Made by a program: the position numbers and the translations under genes. The notes beneath the pieces are model-generated. The model worked only from the letters and a program-made list of their open reading frames with translations. It was not told the origin of the DNA and did no database searches. Below, piece after piece: positions 11,829 to 21,833 of a DNA stretch of 64,000 nt (positions are counted from its first letter, which is position 1; each line of letters opens with the position of its first letter). Source of the DNA: an uncultured Actinomycetota bacterium (GTDB lineage Bacteria; Actinomycetota; Actinomycetes; Mycobacteriales; Pseudonocardiaceae); assembly GCA_963786585.1 (NCBI GenBank), contig CAWAZG010000006.1, forward strand, positions 782,338-846,337, given 5' to 3'.

Positions 11829-12308
11829 ATGCGCGAGATCCTGACCGTGCTCGAGGCCGACGCCCGCGCCACGCCGGAACGGATCGCGGGCCTCACGGGG
11901 ATCCCGGAGGACGAGGTCCGCGCGGCGATCGCAGCCTGGGAGGCCGAGGGCGTCATCCGCCGGTACAAGACGGTGGTCGACTGGGACCGCGCGGGCGACG
12001 AGCGCGTCACCGCGTTCGTCGACGTCACCGTCGCCCCCGAGCGGGGTCGCGGGTTCGACGACGTCGCCGAGCGGATCGCGCGGTTCCGGGAGATCCGGGC
12101 GGTGCACCTCGTGTCGGGCGCGCAGGACCTGCGGGTCGAGGTGGAGGGCTCCTCGATGAAGGAGGTCGCCGACTTCGTGGCCCAGAAGCTGTCGGGCGTC
12201 GAGCGCGTCACCGCGACGAGCACCCACTTCCTGCTGCGCCGCTACAAGGACGACCACCAGCTGCTCACCGAGCCCGAGCCCGACCAGCGGCTGTCGGTGA
12301 TGCCCTGA
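11829..12308 (+). CDS. Lrp/AsnC family transcriptional regulator
   Basis: N-terminal HTH (ILTVLEADARAT...), GVIRRY, HLVSGAQDL, TSTHFLLRRYK. Confidence 0.9.
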   Translation: MREILTVLEADARATPERIAGLTGIPEDEVRAAIAAWEAEGVIRRYKTVVDWDRAGDERVTAFVDVTVAPERGRGFDDVAERIARFREIRAVHLVSGAQDLRVEVEGSSMKEVADFVAQKLSGVERVTATSTHFLLRRYKDDHQLLTEPEPDQRLSVMP

Positions 12309-13477
12309 TGGGTGCGCCGCAGAAGCCCCTGTCGCGGGTCGTCGAGGCCTGCCCGCCCTCGGGCATCCGCAAGTTCTTCGACCTCGCCCAGACGATGACC
12401 GGCGTCATCACCCTGGGCGTCGGCGAGCCCGACTTCCCGACGCCGTGGGGCGTGCGCGAGGCGGCGATCCACGCGCTGACGCGCGGGGCCACCACCTACA
12501 CCGGCAACTCGGGGCTGCTCGAGCTGCGCGAGCTGATCTGCGCCGACCTCGAGACGCGCCACGGCACGAGCTACCGGCCCGCCGACGAGTGCCTGGTGAC
12601 CTCCGGCGTCTCCGAGGGACTCGACCTGGCGCTGCGCGCGTTGCTGAACCCCGGCGACGAGGTGATCGTCCCGGAGCCGTCGTACGTGGCCTACCAGCCG
12701 TGCGTGGCGTTCGCGGGCGGCGTGGCCGTACCGGTGGCGAGCGACCCGGCGCAGGGCTACCGGCTCGACGCCGAGCAGATCGCCGAGGCGGTGACCCCGC
12801 GGACCAAGGCGGTGCTGTTCGGGTCGCCGTCGAACCCCACCGGCGCCGCCCAGTCCGCCGCGGACCTGACCGCGCTGGTGGCGCTCGCGGAGCGCGAGGA
12901 CTTCTGGCTGGTCAGCGACGAGATTTACGACCGGCTGACCTACACCGGCACGCACACCAGCACCGCGGCGGTGCCCGGCGCCTGGGACCGGACGGTCGTG
13001 CTCAACGGCTTCTCGAAGTCCTACGCGATGACCGGCTGGCGGGTCGGCTACGTCTGCGCGCCCGAGCCCCTGGCGGCGCTGATGCACCGCATCCACCAGT
13101 ACACGATGCTCTGCGCCCCGCACGTCAGCCAGGTCGCCGCGATCGAGGCGCTGCGCAGCGCGGACCCCGACGTCACCGAGATGGTCGCCGACTACGACCG
13201 GCGCCGGCGTCTGTTCGTCAAGGGTCTCGACGAGCTGGGGCTGACCTGCCCGGAGCCCGGCGGCGCCTTCTACGCGTTCCCGTCCATCCGCTCGAGCGGG
13301 CTGTCGTCGCAGGACTTCGCCGAACAGCTGCTCGAGGAGCAGAAGGTCGCGGTGGTGCCGGGCGACGTGTTCGGCCCCTCGGGCGAGGGCCACGTCCGCT
13401 GCTCCTACGCCACCGCGCTCCCCCTGCTCGAGGAGGCCCTCGAGCGCATGGGCCGCTTCCTCGCCACCCATACGTGA
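12308..13477 (+). CDS. PLP-dependent class I/II aminotransferase
   Basis: LGVGEPDF, SPSNPTG, SDEIY, NGFSKSYAMTGWRVGY, PGGAFY. Confidence 0.93.
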   Translation: MGAPQKPLSRVVEACPPSGIRKFFDLAQTMTGVITLGVGEPDFPTPWGVREAAIHALTRGATTYTGNSGLLELRELICADLETRHGTSYRPADECLVTSGVSEGLDLALRALLNPGDEVIVPEPSYVAYQPCVAFAGGVAVPVASDPAQGYRLDAEQIAEAVTPRTKAVLFGSPSNPTGAAQSAADLTALVALAEREDFWLVSDEIYDRLTYTGTHTSTAAVPGAWDRTVVLNGFSKSYAMTGWRVGYVCAPEPLAALMHRIHQYTMLCAPHVSQVAAIEALRSADPDVTEMVADYDRRRRLFVKGLDELGLTCPEPGGAFYAFPSIRSSGLSSQDFAEQLLEEQKVAVVPGDVFGPSGEGHVRCSYATALPLLEEALERMGRFLATHT

Positions 13478-13513
13478 GAACTTTCCGCCCCGATAGGGGC
13501 GGAAAGTTCTCAC
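13474..13513. terminator. perfect 18-bp hairpin between convergent genes (bidirectional terminator or REP-like)
   Basis: GTGAGAACTTTCCGCCCC-gata-GGGGCGGAAAGTTCTCAC. Confidence 0.7.
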
Positions 13514-13517
13514 ATGG

Positions 13518-14303
13518 CTAGTTGAGCTTGCGCGTGCCGTCGGGCAGGCCGCCGCCGGCGTAGGCGTCCTCGGCCAGCTTGGCCAGGGCCGTGAGGGCGA
13601 CGTTCTGGCTCCACGGGCCGAAGGAGCAGCGGGCGACGCCGAGCTCGCCGAGACGCATCGTGCTCGGCACCCCGGGCACGCCGATGACGTTCACCTTCTG
13701 CGGGCCGAGCTCCGCGACCAGCGCCTGGATCGTCTCCTCGTCGAGCTTGCCGGGCACGAAGAACGACGTCGCGCCGGCCTCGAGGTAGGCGCGGCCGCGC
13801 TCGATCGCGTCGTCGAGGATGACCTTCGGGTCGCGGTCGCCGCCGCGCACCCACGCGTCGGTGCGGGCGTTGAGGGCGAACGGGACGCCGGCCTTCTCGC
13901 CCGCCGCGACCGCCGCCTCGACGGCCTTCACCGCCTCGGACAGCGGCTTGAGCTGGTCCTCGAGGTTGGCGCCGACGATCCCGACGTCGATCGCGCGGGC
14001 GATCGTGCCGCCCGGGTCGCCGTAGCCGGCCTCGAGGTCGGCGCTCACGGGCAGCTCGGTCCGGCGGGCGATGAGCCCGACCTCGGCGATCATCTCGTCG
14101 CGCGGGATGACCTCGCCGTCGGGGTAGCCGCGCGAGGCGGCGATGCCGTGGCTCGCCGTGGCGAGGGCCTTCGTGCCGGGGGTGTTCGCGACCGTGGTCG
14201 CCGTGATCGCGTCCCACACGTTGACGACCACGAGCAGCTCCGGGTCGCTGTGCAGACGCTGGAGTTCCTGGGCCCTGCTGATGACGCTGTCGGCGGTGCT
14301 CAT
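13518..14303 (-). CDS. isocitrate lyase/PEP mutase family protein
   Basis: NVWDA, ATASHGIA, PVSADLEAGYG, GANLEDQ, LNARTDA. Confidence 0.88.
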   Translation of the reverse strand: MSTADSVISRAQELQRLHSDPELLVVVNVWDAITATTVANTPGTKALATASHGIAASRGYPDGEVIPRDEMIAEVGLIARRTELPVSADLEAGYGDPGGTIARAIDVGIVGANLEDQLKPLSEAVKAVEAAVAAGEKAGVPFALNARTDAWVRGGDRDPKVILDDAIERGRAYLEAGATSFFVPGKLDEETIQALVAELGPQKVNVIGVPGVPSTMRLGELGVARCSFGPWSQNVALTALAKLAEDAYAGGGLPDGTRKLN

Positions 14304-14366
14304 ACCCGATCCGTACTCCTCGTAGCGGCGGCCCGCACGGTCACCTAGGTGATCGCGTCACTTACC

Positions 14367-14382
14367 GGTGACCGGCGTCACT
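14367..14382. promoter_or_regulatory. CRP/GlxR-like box upstream of hhyS
   Basis: GGTGA-ccggcg-TCACT; core GTGA-N6-TCAC intact; about 65 bp before hhyS. Confidence 0.45.
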
Positions 14383-14446
14383 GTCAGCCTCTCTTGGTCG
14401 GCAGCCCACCACCTGCTGGCTCGCCGTCGACCAGCTGGGGGACCTC

Positions 14447-15502
14447 GTGACGACGTTCGCCGACCATCGCGACACCACCGTGCACATCCTCTGGATGAAC
14501 GCCGGGCTGTCGTGCGACGGGGACTCGGTGGCCCTCACCGCGGCCACCCAGCCGAGCATCGAGGAGATCGCGCTCGGCGCTCTCCCGGGCCTGCCGACGG
14601 TCGCGGTGCACTGGCCGCTGATCGACTTCGAGTCCGGCCCGGTCGGCGGCTCCCAGTCCTTCATCGACTGGTTCTTCAAGGCCGAGCGGGGCGAGCTGGA
14701 CGGGCCCTTCGTCCTCGTCATCGAGGGCTCGATCCCCAACGAGTCGATCAAGTCCGAGGGGTACTGGTGCGGCTTCGGCAACAACCCGGTGACCGGGCAG
14801 CCGATGACCACCAGCGAGTGGATCGACCGTCTGGCCCCCAAGGCCCTGGGCATCCTCGCCGTCGGCACCTGCGCGACCTACGGCGGCATCCACGCCATGG
14901 CCGGCAACCCGACCGGCGCGATGGGCGTCGCGGACTACCTGGGCTGGGACTGGAAGTCCTCCGCCGGCCTGCCGATCGTCAACGTCCCGGGCTGTCCGGT
15001 GCACCCGGACAACCTCTCCGAGACGATCCTCTACCTGCTCTACCAGGCCGTGGGCGACGCCCCGATGATCCCGCTCGACGAGGCCGGCCGCCCGACATGG
15101 CTGTTCGGCGCCACCGTGCACGAGGGCTGTGACCGCGGCGGCTACTACGAGCAGGGCCAGTTCGCCACCGAGTACGGCTCACCGGAGTGCCTGGTCAAGC
15201 TCGGCTGCTGGGGTCCGGTCGTGAAGTGCAACGTCCCCAAGCGCGGCTGGATCAACGGCGTCGGCGGCTGTCCCAACGTGGGCGGCATCTGCATCGGCTG
15301 CACCATGCCCGGCTTCCCGGACAAGTTCATGCCGTTCATGGACGCCCCGCCGGGCAGCAAGGTCTCCGGCGCCGCCAGCGGTGCCTACGGCGTGGTGATC
15401 CGCAAGCTGCGCGACATCACGGCGAAGACCGTCGACAAGGAACCGCGCTGGCGTCGCCCGGGGCGGCAGCTGACGACCGGATACAGGCCCACCGCGTTCT
15501 GA
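14447..15502 (+). CDS. hhyS: group 1h [NiFe]-hydrogenase small subunit
   Basis: WMNAGLSCDGDS, GTCATYGG, PGCP, HEGCDR, CLVKLGCWGP, GGCPNVGGICIGC; no Tat signal. Confidence 0.93.
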   Translation: MTTFADHRDTTVHILWMNAGLSCDGDSVALTAATQPSIEEIALGALPGLPTVAVHWPLIDFESGPVGGSQSFIDWFFKAERGELDGPFVLVIEGSIPNESIKSEGYWCGFGNNPVTGQPMTTSEWIDRLAPKALGILAVGTCATYGGIHAMAGNPTGAMGVADYLGWDWKSSAGLPIVNVPGCPVHPDNLSETILYLLYQAVGDAPMIPLDEAGRPTWLFGATVHEGCDRGGYYEQGQFATEYGSPECLVKLGCWGPVVKCNVPKRGWINGVGGCPNVGGICIGCTMPGFPDKFMPFMDAPPGSKVSGAASGAYGVVIRKLRDITAKTVDKEPRWRRPGRQLTTGYRPTAF

Positions 15503-15551
15503 CGCGCGCACGAACTCCCCTGACGACCACCACGCCGAAGGGATGCCCGCG

Positions 15552-17357
15552 ATGACCGCCGTGGCACCGAAGAGCACGACCGGCAAGAAGACCGACCTCG
15601 TCGAGATGGCGTGGGACCCGATCACGCGCATCGTCGGCAGTCTGGGCATCTACACGAAAATCGACTTCGCGGCGAAACGCGTCGCCGAGTGCCATTCGAC
15701 GTCGTCGATCTTCCGTGGCTACTCCATCTTCATGAAGGGCAAGGACCCGCGGGACGCGCACTTCATCACGAGCAGGATCTGCGGAATCTGCGGTGACAAC
15801 CACGCGACGTGCTCGGTCTACAACCAGAACATGGCCTACGGGGTGCGCCCGCCGCACCTGGGCGAATGGATCATCAATCTCGGCGAGGCCGCCGAGTACA
15901 TGTTCGACCACAACCTCTACCAGGACAATCTCGCCTGCGTGGACTACTGCGAGAAGATGGTCGCGGACACGAACCCCGGGGTCCTCGAGCTCGCGAACCG
16001 CACACCGAGCCCGCACGCCGACGACCACGGCTTCCGCACCATCGGCGACATCATGCGGGCCCTCAACCCGTTCACCGGCGAGTTCTACCGCGAGACGCTG
16101 AAGGTCTCCCGCTACACACGCGAGATGTTCTGCCTGATGGAGGGGCGACACGTCCACCCGTCGACGCTCTATCCCGGCGGGGTCGGCACGGTGGCGACGA
16201 TCCAGCTCTTCACCGACTACATGACCCGGCTCATGTGGTACATCGAATTCATGAAGCGGGTCGTGCCGATGCACGACGATCTCTTCGACTTCATGTACGA
16301 GGCCCTTCCCGGCTACGAGGAGGTCGGTCGCCGCCGCGTCATCATCGGGTCGTGGGGGGCGTTCAACGACCCGGAGCACTGCGACTTCGACTACAAGACG
16401 ATGTCGAACTGGGGACGGAAGATGTTCGTCTCCCCCGGGGTCATCGTCGACGGGAAGCTCGTCACCACCGACCTGGTCGACATCAACCTCGGCATCCGCA
16501 TCCTGCTGGGCAGTTCCTTCTACCGGGGCTGGGAGGACCAGGAGAAGTTCGTCGACCGCGACCCGCTCGGCAATCCGGTCTCGATGGACCACCCCTGGAA
16601 CCAGCACACGATCCCGGCGCCGCAGAAGCGCGACTTCGACGACAAGTACTCGTGGACGATGTCGCCGCGCTGGTTCGACGGCACGGACCACCTCGCGATG
16701 GACACCGGCGGCGGCCCGCTGCCCCGGCTCTGGGTCACGGCGCTCGCCGGCCTGGTCGACGCCGGCGGCTACGTCCGGTCGACGGGACACAGCGTCGAGC
16801 TCAACCTCCCGCGCACGGTGTCGAAGCCCGAGACGACGTTCACGTGGACCCCGCCGGTCGACAAGCAGGGGCGTCCGCTGTCCAACGCCATCGAGCGGGA
16901 CCGCGCCCGGACCTACTTCCAGGCCTACGCCGCCGCGGCGGCGATGCACTTCCTGGAGAAGGCGCTCGCCGAGGTCCGCGGCGGGAACACCAAGACCTGG
17001 GAGTCGTTCGTCGTGCCCGACGAGTCGGTGAGCGTCGGCTTCACCGAGGCCGTCCGCGGCGTCCTCTCGCACCACATGGTCGTGCGCGACGGGAAGATCG
17101 CGAACTACCACCCGTACCCGCCGACGCCGTGGAACGGCAGCGTCCGCGACAAGTTCGGCACGCCCGGCCCGTACGAGGACGCCGTGCAGAACACCCCGAT
17201 CTTCGAGGAGAACGGCCCGGACACCTTCAAGGGCATCGACATCATGCGCGCGGTGCGCAGCTTCGACCCCTGCCTGCCGTGCGGGGTGCACATGTACCTC
17301 GGCAACGGCAAGCAGCTGCACCGGGAGACGTCACCGACCCAGCTGAACCTGCCCTGA
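15552..17357 (+). CDS. hhyL: group 1h [NiFe]-hydrogenase large subunit
   Basis: L1 SRICGICGDNH and L2 SFDPCLPCGVH, followed by a short C-terminal tail. Confidence 0.95.
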   Translation: MTAVAPKSTTGKKTDLVEMAWDPITRIVGSLGIYTKIDFAAKRVAECHSTSSIFRGYSIFMKGKDPRDAHFITSRICGICGDNHATCSVYNQNMAYGVRPPHLGEWIINLGEAAEYMFDHNLYQDNLACVDYCEKMVADTNPGVLELANRTPSPHADDHGFRTIGDIMRALNPFTGEFYRETLKVSRYTREMFCLMEGRHVHPSTLYPGGVGTVATIQLFTDYMTRLMWYIEFMKRVVPMHDDLFDFMYEALPGYEEVGRRRVIIGSWGAFNDPEHCDFDYKTMSNWGRKMFVSPGVIVDGKLVTTDLVDINLGIRILLGSSFYRGWEDQEKFVDRDPLGNPVSMDHPWNQHTIPAPQKRDFDDKYSWTMSPRWFDGTDHLAMDTGGGPLPRLWVTALAGLVDAGGYVRSTGHSVELNLPRTVSKPETTFTWTPPVDKQGRPLSNAIERDRARTYFQAYAAAAAMHFLEKALAEVRGGNTKTWESFVVPDESVSVGFTEAVRGVLSHHMVVRDGKIANYHPYPPTPWNGSVRDKFGTPGPYEDAVQNTPIFEENGPDTFKGIDIMRAVRSFDPCLPCGVHMYLGNGKQLHRETSPTQLNLP

Positions 17358-17887
17358 TGGAGCCGCCGGAGACCGAACGGGTCGCCGAGCGCATCGCCGC
17401 ACTGCTCGACGGGATGTCGGCCGACCCCGCCGCGCGGGAGGCCGGCGAGGACCTCGTGCGCGTCCTCATGGAGTTCTACGGCGCGGGCCTCGCCCAGATG
17501 GTGTCGATCGTCCGGCTCGGGTCGGGCGACGCGCTGGTCCACCGGCTCGCCGCGGACCCGCTCGTGGCGGCGCTGCTCGCCCTGCACGACCTGCACCCGG
17601 TCGACCTCCCGACGCGGGTCGGCCACGGCGTCGACACGGCCCGGCGGCGCCTGGGCCACCACGGCTCCGGCATCAGCCTCGAGCGCGTCGACACCCACAC
17701 CGGCACCGTCCACGTCGCGCTGGCGCCGGGCTGCGGCTCGTCGTCGGACACGGTGCGCGACGTCGTCCGGACCGCCGTGTCCGAGCTGGCTCCGGAGGTC
17801 GTCGCCGTCGAGTTCGTCACCGAGCCCGCCGGGCCGGCGCTGCTGCAGATCGGGGTGCGGCCCCCGAGTTCCGTGGCGGGGTCGTGA
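17357..17887 (+). CDS. NifU-like hydrogenase accessory protein (HhyE-like)
   Basis: ATG overlaps hhyL stop; LMEFYGAGL, LLALHDLHP, GCGSS; standard position in group 1h clusters. Confidence 0.75.
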   Translation: MEPPETERVAERIAALLDGMSADPAAREAGEDLVRVLMEFYGAGLAQMVSIVRLGSGDALVHRLAADPLVAALLALHDLHPVDLPTRVGHGVDTARRRLGHHGSGISLERVDTHTGTVHVALAPGCGSSSDTVRDVVRTAVSELAPEVVAVEFVTEPAGPALLQIGVRPPSSVAGS

Positions 17888-18534
17888 CGGCCTCGCTGCG
17901 CCGCTTCCTGGCGCCCCGACAGGCCCCGTCGGTCGATCCGGCGGTGGAGCGCTGCGAGCTGTGCGCGGGCGAGGTCGCCCCCGAGCACCCGCACCTCGTC
18001 GACGTCGCCGGCCGGGCGCTGAAGTGCGCGTGCCGCCCGTGCGCGCTGCTCTTCGTCGACCGCACCCGCGAGATGGCCGGCACGGCGTACCGCACGGTGC
18101 CCGACCGCTACCGGTACGACCCGGAGTTCAGCCTCGCCGACGCGCAGTGGGACGCCCTGCAGATCCCGGTCGGGATGGCGTTCTTCCTGCGCAACTCCGT
18201 GCAGGACGACGCGGTGGTGGCCTGCTACCCGAGCCCGGCGGGCGCGACCGAGAGCGAGCTCGACCTGTCCGAGTTCGTCGACGGCGTCGGCGCCGGCCTG
18301 CTCGGCGCGATGCTCGAGCCCGACGTCGAGGCGCTGCTGGTGCGCCACAGTGCCGACAGGGGGACGCGATCGGAGTGCCTGCTCGTGCCCGTCGACGCCT
18401 GCTACCGGCTCGTCGGCCTGGTCCGGCGGCACTGGCGGGGGTTCGACGGCGGCGCCGAGGCGTGGATCCACATCGACCGCTTCTTCGACGACGCCCGCGC
18501 GCGGGCCCGCGATGTGCGGCGGGTGCGCCCATGA
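17884..18534 (+). CDS. hydrogenase-associated conserved protein (DUF5947/HhaA-like)
   Basis: ERCELC, CACRPC, IPVGMAFF, YPSPAGATES, VDACYRLVG, WRGFDGG. Confidence 0.8.
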   Translation: MTASLRRFLAPRQAPSVDPAVERCELCAGEVAPEHPHLVDVAGRALKCACRPCALLFVDRTREMAGTAYRTVPDRYRYDPEFSLADAQWDALQIPVGMAFFLRNSVQDDAVVACYPSPAGATESELDLSEFVDGVGAGLLGAMLEPDVEALLVRHSADRGTRSECLLVPVDACYRLVGLVRRHWRGFDGGAEAWIHIDRFFDDARARARDVRRVRP

Positions 18535-19196
18535 CGCTGCCCTTCCCCCGCGCCGCGCCGGGACCGTCGTTCCGGTTCGCCGTCGCGCGCGCCGACCACG
18601 ACCCGCAGGCCGCCGGCCCGACCCTCCGGCTGCACACCACGATCACCGAGACCACCGGCACGCGCGTGCACGCCCTCGCCCTGCGCGCCCAGATCCGCCT
18701 CGAGCCCGCCGCCCGGCGCTACTCCCCCGACCAGCAGGAACGCCTCGTCGAGCTCTTCGGCGACCCGTCCCGCTGGGGCCGCACGCTCAACCCGATGCAG
18801 CTGGCGACCGTGTCGACGGTGACGCCGTCGTTCTCCGGCGAGCAGGAGGTCGTGTTCGAGGTCCCGCTGACCTTCGACACCGACGTCGCGACCACCCGGT
18901 ACTTCCGCGGAGTCGGCGACGAGGGTGACGCCCCGATGCGCCTGTTGTTCAGCGGCACCGTCTTCTACGAGGCGCCGTCGGGGGTGCAGATCGGGCTCGT
19001 CCCGTGGCACTCGGAGGCCACGTTCCGTCTGCCGGTCGCCGTGTGGACGGACATGATGGACGCCCACCAGCACGGGATGGCGTGGCTGCGGCTTCCCGAG
19101 CACACGCTCGCCGAGCTCAGTGCATGGCGCGCGGCGCGGGCGCTGCCCACCTGGGAACAGACTTTCGCGGCACTGCTGGCGGGTGACGAGCCATGA
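18531..19196 (+). CDS. hydrogenase-associated conserved protein (DUF6084/HhaB-like)
   Basis: LRAQIRLEP, LFGDPSRWG, LLFSGTVFY, VPWHSEA; coupled to neighbours. Confidence 0.8.
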   Translation: MTLPFPRAAPGPSFRFAVARADHDPQAAGPTLRLHTTITETTGTRVHALALRAQIRLEPAARRYSPDQQERLVELFGDPSRWGRTLNPMQLATVSTVTPSFSGEQEVVFEVPLTFDTDVATTRYFRGVGDEGDAPMRLLFSGTVFYEAPSGVQIGLVPWHSEATFRLPVAVWTDMMDAHQHGMAWLRLPEHTLAELSAWRAARALPTWEQTFAALLAGDEP

Positions 19197-20548
19197 CCGC
19201 GGCCGACCCCCTCGACCCCGTCGCCGCGATCGCCGACGCCGTGCTGTTCGAGGGCTACCTGCTCTACCCCTACCGCGCCTCGGCGCAGAAGAACGCGCTG
19301 CGCTGGCAGTTCGGGGTCCTCGTGCCGCCGGCGGTGTCGGCGGCCCTCGCCGAGCCCTCCGCCAGCCGCACCGAGTGCGTGATCGACGCCCGGCCCGGCG
19401 CGACGCTGCGGCTGCGCCTGCGGTTCCTCGGCCTCCAGCGCCGGAGCGTCGTCGACCCCGACGGCAGGGAGCACGACCGCCTCGAGGTCGACGGGGTCCC
19501 CCACACCGCCTGGGAGGAGGGCGTGCCGCGCCAGGTCGACGCCGCCGTCGCACTCGAGTCCCTGGCCGAGGCCCCGGTGACCGTCGACGTCACGTGCCCG
19601 GCCACCACGACGTCGGAGGAGATCCGCGACGCGACGGGCGCGCTGCACGGGCACCTCGTCCGGCGCGCCGAGGCCGTCAGCGGGCGGGTGGTGCTCGCGA
19701 CCGAGCCGCTCCCCGGGCCCTACGGCGCGCTGCGGCTGCGCCTCGACGTGGTCAACGACGCCGTCGCGGACCCGTCCACGCCGCGCGCGGCGGCCCTGCG
19801 CACGGCCCTGATCTCCGCGCACACCGTGCTGGGCCTCGACCGCGGCGCGTTCCTCTCCAGTGCCGACCCACCGCAGTGGGCCGCTCCCGCCGTGGCGGCC
19901 TGCGTCAACGCGCACAGCTGGCCGGTGCTGGCGGGCCCAGCGGGCGACGGTTCGCTGCTGCTCGCGACGCCGATCATCCTCGAGGATCACCCGCAGCTCG
20001 CCCCGGAGAGCCCGACGAACCTGTTCGACGGCACCGAGAACGACGAGATCCTCGCGCTGCGCACCCTCGCCCTCACCGACGACGAGAAGCGCGAGGCCCG
20101 GGCCACCGACCCGCGCGCCGCCCACATCGTCGACGCGGTCGGCGCCATGGGGCCGGCGATGTTCGAGCGCCTGCACGGTGCGATCCGCCCCGACGGCCGG
20201 GCGCCGGACGACATCCCGACGATCGCCACCCCGGGGACGCCCTGGTGGGACCCGGGTGCCGACGCCTCGGTGGACCCCGACTCCGACGAGGCGGTCGTCG
20301 ACGGGCACGCGGTCGCGCGCGGCAGCTCGGTGATCCTCGTGCCGGGCCGCGGCAGCGACGCGCAGGACACGTTCCTGCGGGGCGCCACGGCCACCGTGCA
20401 GGCCGTCCTGCACGACGTCGACGGCGGCACCCACGTCGCCGTGTCGATCGACGACGACCCCGGCGCCGACCTCCAGGCCACCCACGGCCGGTTCCGCTAC
20501 TTCCGGCCCGACGAGCTCGCGGTGCCGTCGAGGGAGGGATCGCGGTGA
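19193..20548 (+). CDS. hydrogenase-associated conserved protein (HhaC-like)
   Basis: IADAVLFEGYLLYPYR, RWQFGV, PIILEDHP, LFDGTENDEIL. Confidence 0.8.
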   Translation: MTAADPLDPVAAIADAVLFEGYLLYPYRASAQKNALRWQFGVLVPPAVSAALAEPSASRTECVIDARPGATLRLRLRFLGLQRRSVVDPDGREHDRLEVDGVPHTAWEEGVPRQVDAAVALESLAEAPVTVDVTCPATTTSEEIRDATGALHGHLVRRAEAVSGRVVLATEPLPGPYGALRLRLDVVNDAVADPSTPRAAALRTALISAHTVLGLDRGAFLSSADPPQWAAPAVAACVNAHSWPVLAGPAGDGSLLLATPIILEDHPQLAPESPTNLFDGTENDEILALRTLALTDDEKREARATDPRAAHIVDAVGAMGPAMFERLHGAIRPDGRAPDDIPTIATPGTPWWDPGADASVDPDSDEAVVDGHAVARGSSVILVPGRGSDAQDTFLRGATATVQAVLHDVDGGTHVAVSIDDDPGADLQATHGRFRYFRPDELAVPSREGSR

Positions 20549-21072
20549 GGATCCTGGTCGCCGGGGTCGGCAACGTCTTCTTCGCCGACGACGGCTTCGG
20601 CTCCGAGGTGGCGCGACGCCTGCTCGCCGACCCCGGCGCGCTGCCGGCATCGGTGGACGTCGTCGACGTCGGCATCCGCGGCATGCACCTCGCCTACCAG
20701 GTGCTCGACGGCTACGAGGTTCTCGTCGTTGTCGACGCGGCCCCCCGGATCGATGACGGGGGCGAGGGTCCCCCCGGCACGCTGCACCTCGTCGAGCACG
20801 ACCTCGCGGCGGCCACCGGCGACGCGGCCTTCGACCCGCACGGCATGGAGCCCGACGCCGTCCTCGAGCTCGTCGGGGCGCTGGCCCGCGGGGTCGGCGC
20901 GGGCGGCGTCGACCGCGTGCTCGTCCTGGGCTGTGTCCCCGCCGACGCCGGCGCCGGGATGGGTCTGAGCCCGCCCGTGGCCGCGGCGGTCGACGAGGCG
21001 GTCGAGGCCGTCGGCCGGATCGTCGCCCGCCTGACCGAGAACCGTCCCTTCACCGAGGTGGGAGCGCCATGA
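20545..21072 (+). CDS. hydrogenase maturation endopeptidase
   Basis: MRILVAGVGNVFFADDGFG, DVGIRGMHL, DPHGM, LGCVP. Confidence 0.92.
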   Translation: MRILVAGVGNVFFADDGFGSEVARRLLADPGALPASVDVVDVGIRGMHLAYQVLDGYEVLVVVDAAPRIDDGGEGPPGTLHLVEHDLAAATGDAAFDPHGMEPDAVLELVGALARGVGAGGVDRVLVLGCVPADAGAGMGLSPPVAAAVDEAVEAVGRIVARLTENRPFTEVGAP

Positions 21073-21173
21073 CCAAGAAACTGCTGCTGCTGGGCCTGAT
21101 CGGCAGCGTCGGCTGGGTCGCGTACGACAACCGCGCCGACGTGCAGCGCTACCTGCGGATCCGGGCGATGTGA
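21069..21173 (+). CDS. 34-aa small membrane protein (not in ORF track)
   Basis: ATG overlaps protease stop; MTKKLLLLGLIGSVGWVAYDNRADVQRYLRIRAM*; ends 1 nt before hypA. Confidence 0.7.
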   Translation: MTKKLLLLGLIGSVGWVAYDNRADVQRYLRIRAM

Positions 21174-21174
21174 C

Positions 21175-21546
21175 GTGCACGAGTTCGGGGTGGCGGCCGC
21201 GGTCCTCGAGGCCGTCGACGCCCGGGCGGCGGGACGCTGCGTCGGCGCGCTGTGCCTGCACGTGGGCGCGCTGCAGCGCCTGGACCGAGCCGTCTTCGAC
21301 CAGGCCTTCGCGATGATCGCCGACGGCGGCGTCGCCGACGGCGCGACCGTCGACGTCGTCGAGGTCGACGTCACGGTCCGCTGCCGCGCGTGCACGGCGG
21401 AGGCCACCGCCACCGAACTGATCACCACGTGCCCGGCGTGCGCGGGCCACGATCTCGAGCTCGTCGCGGGCGACGACCTCGTCCTCGCGTCGATCACGCT
21501 CGCGGACCGGGACGCCCCGGACCGCGCGGAGCAGGAGGTGGGCTGA
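21175..21546 (+). CDS. hypA: hydrogenase nickel metallochaperone HypA
   Basis: MHE start, CRAC and CPAC zinc motifs. Confidence 0.92.
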   Translation: MHEFGVAAAVLEAVDARAAGRCVGALCLHVGALQRLDRAVFDQAFAMIADGGVADGATVDVVEVDVTVRCRACTAEATATELITTCPACAGHDLELVAGDDLVLASITLADRDAPDRAEQEVG

Positions 21547-21833
21547 TGTGTCTCGGCATCCCCGGTGAGCTCGTCGAGCTCGCCGACGAAGACACCGATC
21601 TCGCGACGGTCTCCGTCGCCGGGGTCCGGCGGAAGGTGAACGTCGGGCTGCTGATCGAGGACGAGGAGCTGGCCGTCGGCGACTGGATCCTCATCCACGT
21701 CGGCTTCGCGCTGGCCAAGATCGACGAGGCCGAGGCGGCCGCCGCGCTGGAGATGCTGCACGCCATGGGTCCGGCCTACGACCAGGAGCTCGAGGAGTTC
21801 GTGGGCTCCTCGACCGGGAGGGAGGGGCTGTGA
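21546..21833 (+). CDS. hypC: hydrogenase assembly chaperone HypC
   Basis: MCLGIPG, GDWILIHVGFAL. Confidence 0.95.
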   Translation: MCLGIPGELVELADEDTDLATVSVAGVRRKVNVGLLIEDEELAVGDWILIHVGFALAKIDEAEAAAALEMLHAMGPAYDQELEEFVGSSTGREGL

